Made by a program: the position numbers and the translations under genes. From the IMG/VR virus record IMGVR_UViG_3300025889_000073, positions 64,001-128,000 of that record: a stretch of DNA of 64,000 nucleotides. The stretch is one strand, 5' to 3'. Positions 59,650 to 64,000 of this stretch are shown here, piece after piece. The notes beneath the pieces were generated by a model, which searched no databases, was not told the DNA's origin, and worked only from the letters and a program-made list of their open reading frames with translations. How positions within the stretch are numbered: the first letter of the stretch is position 1; each line of letters starts with the position of its first letter. The DNA is from a virus.

Positions 59650-60789
59650 ATGGCAGGTTATTATACCTATAATGGAGGCCTAATAGGTACAGGTCAAATA
59701 TCAGAAGTTGCAGGTGTTCATGATTTAAGAAGAAATTTACTTACACCACCAGGTGCTTTTTATACATTTTCTACCCACACATTTACTACTGCTGGAAATG
59801 ATACGAGTAGAAATGGACCAACTTTAAGTGAGGTACAAACATCTTATAGTAGTGAAATATGGACTTCAGATAGTAGTTTTTTGAATGTGTATTCAGGAGT
59901 ACAACTTTGGAAAGTACCCGCAACAGCAAATTACGACATAACAGCAGCTGGAGCACGGGGTGGTAGTGGTATAAATGGTACTTCCTATACTTCTGCTGGT
60001 AGTGGTAGAATAGTTAGTGGCAGAGTTTCTTTAATAGCAGGCGATGTTATAGCAATTATCGTTGGAGCTATTGGTAATGAAAGAGGTGGCGGCGGCGGAA
60101 GTTTTGTTTGGTATTGGGGAAATCCCATAAGTTCTGGTCCAGGTACTCAAAATTTAATTATAGCTGCTGGCGGCGGAGGAGGAGGAGGCGCTTGGCCATC
60201 ATCAGGAAATTGGGCTGATGCTCCGCAATCAGAATCAGCAGTATCTTGGTTTGCATTAACTCCGACAACTTATGTAACATATAACTCACCTCCAACTAAT
60301 GGCGGTTCTGGTGAACAAAGAGACAATACTGTTAATTATTGGGATGGCTGTCCTGGCGCAGGATGGAACGAAGACGGAGTAGTACAGACAACTGCGCCAA
60401 CAGCGTATTATACTACATGGGGAGAAACAGCTGATACTTCTAATAGTACTATTATGGGAGCGCTATCACCAAAATCACCAGTTTCGCCTGGAAGAGGTGG
60501 AATAGCTTGGTTTAATAGTGCTGGAGGAAACCCCGATGGAAGTGGCGCAGGTGGATTTGGTGGAGGAGGAACTATGGGAGGAGACAATGCATCCGCCTCT
60601 GGAGTTGGCGGCGGTGGCGGAGGTTATAGTGGCGGATGTCAAGGCGGCAACAATGGCGCCAGCAGCGCCGGCGGCCGTGCTCAAGGAGGCGGCGCCGGCA
60701 GTTACTTAAATTCATCTCCTTACCTAACTAATAAAACTTGGGGGTCTACTAATAGTGGTGCGGGTTACGTTACAATTACAAAAGTCTGA
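59650..60789 (+). CDS. Glycine-rich (ALK/LTK-type Gly-rich domain) virion protein
   Basis: F..HTFT.AG..GPTL, G.QLW.VP...Y.I.A.GA.GG, GGGGSFV, L.IAAGGGGG, GGFGGGG, GGGGGYSGG, G.VTIT. Confidence 0.75.
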   Translation: MAGYYTYNGGLIGTGQISEVAGVHDLRRNLLTPPGAFYTFSTHTFTTAGNDTSRNGPTLSEVQTSYSSEIWTSDSSFLNVYSGVQLWKVPATANYDITAAGARGGSGINGTSYTSAGSGRIVSGRVSLIAGDVIAIIVGAIGNERGGGGGSFVWYWGNPISSGPGTQNLIIAAGGGGGGGAWPSSGNWADAPQSESAVSWFALTPTTYVTYNSPPTNGGSGEQRDNTVNYWDGCPGAGWNEDGVVQTTAPTAYYTTWGETADTSNSTIMGALSPKSPVSPGRGGIAWFNSAGGNPDGSGAGGFGGGGTMGGDNASASGVGGGGGGYSGGCQGGNNGASSAGGRAQGGGAGSYLNSSPYLTNKTWGSTNSGAGYVTITKV

Positions 60790-60797
60790 TAATTAAA

Positions 60798-62840
60798 ATG
60801 AAAAGAAATAGTAATTTTATAACTTCACAAAAATTAGATGTTACTAAAACATTTTATTCTGGTATACACGACACATTTGATAATTATAATTTTAGAAAAG
60901 ATGATTCATGGCCAGAACCTAGAAAAATAACAAGTGTAAATAATGCTACAGATAGTTATTCTTCAGCTGGAAATTATACCAGTAGTAGCAATTATGGTTT
61001 TCAAGGCCGAACTTTTCGATGGCAAGTTTATTTTACTGGTTTTATTCCAGGAGATTATATATGGTTAGTAACAAATGACGCACAGAATTCTTTTACCGCC
61101 TCTGATTTTACAGACAATTCACTCACATCAAAGATTCAATTAAGTTCTACAGATATAACAAATGGCTATGTGTATTTTTATAAAACTTTAAGTTCAACTA
61201 CTGTAGATGGTGTACAAGAAGGTTTTCGTGTATATTGGTATTATGGTGATGTGTCTACTTATTTTGGAGATTTCTTGTGGTATAGTGGTATTTTTTACAT
61301 TCGAACTCCATCGGCCACTTTTGATACAAGCACTTATAGTTTAAATGAAGGTAGTACTGTAACACCTACAATATACACTAACTATGTAGCAGATAACTTG
61401 GTATTGTATTGGCGAGTTTTATATGGTTCTGGATTAACAGCAGAAGATTTTACAACTCAACCTTCGTTAACACAGTTGCAACTTGGTAGCAGCGGTTCTT
61501 ATGGATTTAATCAATCTTGGTACACTCTTGACGTATCTCCTGGTTACTATACACCTAATCAAACATGGACAGCAAATTCTGACTTTTTAACAGAAGGGAC
61601 AGAAACAATAACTATGTATTTGAGATGGTTAACTTCATCCGGACCAATATTACACACAGCAACTATTAACGTAAATGACACCTCTCAAAATGTACTTGCA
61701 ACGATTTCTGAAAGTACAACTTCAATAGATGAAGGTAGTAATGTTGTATTTACAATAGATACTTCTTCTTCAGCAACAACAGTTCCAGACGGAACAGTTT
61801 TAAATTGGGATTTAGAAAACATATCAACTACGACTGGATATTGGAACAACACCGATATTATAGAAGGATTTGCAAATACAGTTTCTATTGTAAGTAACAC
61901 AGCAACAGTAACAATAACAGCAAATACTGATGCATTTACAGAAGGTTCGGAATCTTTTAGACTTAGATTAAAAGATACTTACGGAACATACATAGCAAAC
62001 AGTAATACTGTCACAATCAATGACACATCGACTGGAACAGCAGAAACACTACAAGTTGTTGCTGGCCAAGCTGAATATACAACTCCTGGATCATATTCTT
62101 GGACAGCACCAAACGGTGTAACAAATGTTTCCGTAGTATGCATAGGTGCTGGGGCTGCTGGGGTCAACTCTGCTGGTGGCGCTCGAGGCGGCGGTGGCGG
62201 CGGGCTGGGTTGGAAAAATAATATACCAGTCGTACCCGGTAATTCTTATACCGTTGAAGTAGGCGCAGGCACTAGCTCAACCGGCACAGCGACTACTGCT
62301 GGGAGTAGTTATTTTATAAGCCTTGCAACTGTTGCTGGTTATGGTGGAACAAGTACATCAGGTGCAGCAGCTACTTATGTTGGTGATGGCGGTGGTAATG
62401 GTGGTATAGGTGGAGTAGGAGCTTCTGGCTATGAGTCTGGCGGTGGTGGTGCTGGTGGATATAGCGGCGCTGGCGGCAATGGCGGTTGGTACCCATCGCC
62501 GGCGGCCACGGACGGTTCAGGTGGCGGTGGCGGCGGCGGAGGATATGGTAATCTTACAGGCGGCGGCGGTGGAGGAACAGGAATATACGGCGAAGGAACG
62601 AATGGCTCAGCAGGCGCTAGCACAACAGGCTCTTATGGTACCGGCGGCGGCGGAGGTTCAGGTGGTGTAGATGGTAACACCGGTGCTAGCCCTGTTTACG
62701 GAGGGAATTATGGTGGTGGGTCGTATGGTAGATTTGGTAACGGCGGTACGTCAGTTGGAGCGGGAGGAGCTGTTCGTATCATATGGGGTGACGGACTTAT
62801 TAGTAGGTCCTTTCCTTCAACCAATACTGGAGACGTTTAA
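60798..62840 (+). CDS. Virion protein with Calx-beta/Ig-like repeats and a C-terminal Gly-rich domain
   Basis: Two (N/D)EG..V....D..TEG.E...L...T..(I/V)NDTS repeats; YTTPGSYSWTAP.GVT.VSVVCIGAG..GGGGGLGWKNNIPVVPG; GAVRIIWG. Confidence 0.75.
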   Translation: MKRNSNFITSQKLDVTKTFYSGIHDTFDNYNFRKDDSWPEPRKITSVNNATDSYSSAGNYTSSSNYGFQGRTFRWQVYFTGFIPGDYIWLVTNDAQNSFTASDFTDNSLTSKIQLSSTDITNGYVYFYKTLSSTTVDGVQEGFRVYWYYGDVSTYFGDFLWYSGIFYIRTPSATFDTSTYSLNEGSTVTPTIYTNYVADNLVLYWRVLYGSGLTAEDFTTQPSLTQLQLGSSGSYGFNQSWYTLDVSPGYYTPNQTWTANSDFLTEGTETITMYLRWLTSSGPILHTATINVNDTSQNVLATISESTTSIDEGSNVVFTIDTSSSATTVPDGTVLNWDLENISTTTGYWNNTDIIEGFANTVSIVSNTATVTITANTDAFTEGSESFRLRLKDTYGTYIANSNTVTINDTSTGTAETLQVVAGQAEYTTPGSYSWTAPNGVTNVSVVCIGAGAAGVNSAGGARGGGGGGLGWKNNIPVVPGNSYTVEVGAGTSSTGTATTAGSSYFISLATVAGYGGTSTSGAAATYVGDGGGNGGIGGVGASGYESGGGGAGGYSGAGGNGGWYPSPAATDGSGGGGGGGGYGNLTGGGGGGTGIYGEGTNGSAGASTTGSYGTGGGGGSGGVDGNTGASPVYGGNYGGGSYGRFGNGGTSVGAGGAVRIIWGDGLISRSFPSTNTGDV

Positions 62841-62869
62841 TATATAATATATAAACATTTGGAGTTATT

Positions 62870-64000
62870 ATGCACGACCTTGATTTGATGTTACAATACC
62901 AATTTGTTGGTAAAAATAAAGAAGCCCGTGAAATATCGGACAGAATGGAAGAATTAGGACCGAAAAGAGTTACTGATTCTTTTGGTAATAATACAAGTGA
63001 TATTTGGTTGAGACACAAATATAATAGAGGATGGTTTTTATTACAAGAAGGTAATTACCAAGAAGGTTCACAATGTTTAGACGCAGGAAGATTTTTGGGT
63101 GTTTATGGTTCATCTCCACTACCAACGAAATCTCCAATTTTTAATCCTAAAGAAAACAATTTAAAAGATAAAAAAATTGTCATCAATCTTGAAGGTGGTT
63201 TTGGTGATGAAATTATACACGTTAGATTTGCAAAATCGTACAAGGATGCTGGCGCAAGTCAAGTGATTGTTGTTTGTTCTTCAGGTTTAAAAGATGTATT
63301 TTCAAGAATTGATGGTGTAGACCAAGTTGTTTCTAGAAAAGAATTTGATGATACGATTGAACATGATTATTGGATTCCAGGTTTCAGTTCGGGTTGGGTA
63401 GCTGGTCACACTTTTGAAAATTTTCCAAATCAACAATACATTTATCCACTTGATGAATATGTGAATAAATGGGAAAATAAAATGCCCAAAAATGAAAAGG
63501 TGAAAATTGGAATAAGATGGGCAGGTAATCCTAAATTTGAACATCAACAATTCAGAAAGTTTCCAGTTGATTTTATAACCAATTTAAAAAAATATAATGA
63601 ACTAGAACTCTATAGTTTTCAAAAAGACCACAATACAATTGATTTACCGGATTCAATTGTAGATTTACAACATGAACTTGAAACTTGGGATGATACAATT
63701 GGTGCATTAAAACAATTAGATTTATTAATTACATCTTGTACATCTTTGGCACATTTAGCTGGTGCATTGGGTATAAAAACTTGGGTTGTTGTCCCTATTT
63801 TACCTTATCATCCTTGGGCATGGAAATCACCCGAATCAACAAAATCTCCTTATTATCAAACAGTAAAAATTTTTAGACAAGAAGAATATAGGAAATGGAA
63901 CACAACTTGGCAAAAATTATATTCTGAACTAGAAGAAGAATACAGTTTAAAAAATGTAGATTTACCCAATTGTGATAAAGAATACAAAAAAATAAATCTT
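62870..64000 (+). CDS. GT9-like (GT-B fold) glycosyltransferase with TPR-like N-terminus; runs off the window end, absent from ORF track
   Basis: SD GGAG then ATG 62870; manual translation contains LEGGFGDEIIHVRF, KIGIRWAGNP, LYSFQK, WDDTIGALKQLDLLITSCTSLAHLAGALGIKTW, SPYYQTVKIFRQ; open to 64000. Confidence 0.85.
   Translation, partial: MHDLDLMLQYQFVGKNKEAREISDRMEELGPKRVTDSFGNNTSDIWLRHKYNRGWFLLQEGNYQEGSQCLDAGRFLGVYGSSPLPTKSPIFNPKENNLKDKKIVINLEGGFGDEIIHVRFAKSYKDAGASQVIVVCSSGLKDVFSRIDGVDQVVSRKEFDDTIEHDYWIPGFSSGWVAGHTFENFPNQQYIYPLDEYVNKWENKMPKNEKVKIGIRWAGNPKFEHQQFRKFPVDFITNLKKYNELELYSFQKDHNTIDLPDSIVDLQHELETWDDTIGALKQLDLLITSCTSLAHLAGALGIKTWVVVPILPYHPWAWKSPESTKSPYYQTVKIFRQEEYRKWNTTWQKLYSELEEEYSLKNVDLPNCDKEYKKINL

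Noticed and set aside
60090-62780. GC-rich GGC tracts as a foreign island or structured RNA
   Set aside because: Explained by poly-Gly codons in the Gly-rich domains.
1-64000. Stop-codon recoding (alternative genetic code)
   Set aside because: Very long ORFs are intact under the standard code, and TAA, TAG and TGA all terminate conserved genes.
1-64000. tRNA, ncRNA or CRISPR arrays
   Set aside because: Intergenic gaps are very short, and no cloverleaf or regularly spaced repeat-spacer pattern was seen.

Overview
The window is 64 kb of a large, AT-rich (roughly 30-33% GC by eye) T4-like myovirus genome read in the standard genetic code. Gene content and order resemble uncultured aquatic T4-like phages. 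It opens with a SleB-type cell-wall hydrolase and a small transcription/replication cluster (gp33, gp59, HAD nucleotidase, gp32). A minus-strand block follows: gp4, gp2, gp54-like, gp26/gp51 and two paralogous tape-measure-like genes, one carrying a GH19 muramidase. A long plus-strand baseplate/tail operon then runs gp48, gp53, gp27-like, gp5, PAAR, a 21-kb block of four adhesin-like genes up to 4571 aa, gp25, gp6, gp7, gp8, a split VrlC/DUF4815, and many tail-fibre and Gly-rich virion proteins. It ends in a truncated GT9-like glycosyltransferase. Main highlights: (1) a lambda G/GT-style -1 frameshift apparently joining gp26 to a gp51 ORF whose conserved 5' part has no ATG; (2) three paralogous fibre proteins built by nested domain insertion (RCC1 propellers and reelin-like domains, some flanked by W-x-N repeats); (3) a pervasive (A/S/G)-N-(T/V) motif in virion proteins next to a glycosyltransferase, suggesting virion decoration; (4) VrlC split by a Cys-containing 'CKIIC' plus transmembrane tail; (5) apparent GATC depletion with GGCC enrichment; (6) late promoters placed to give leaderless mRNAs. 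All family assignments come from motif recognition and synteny, not database searches. No tRNA, rRNA, CRISPR array or transposon was seen.
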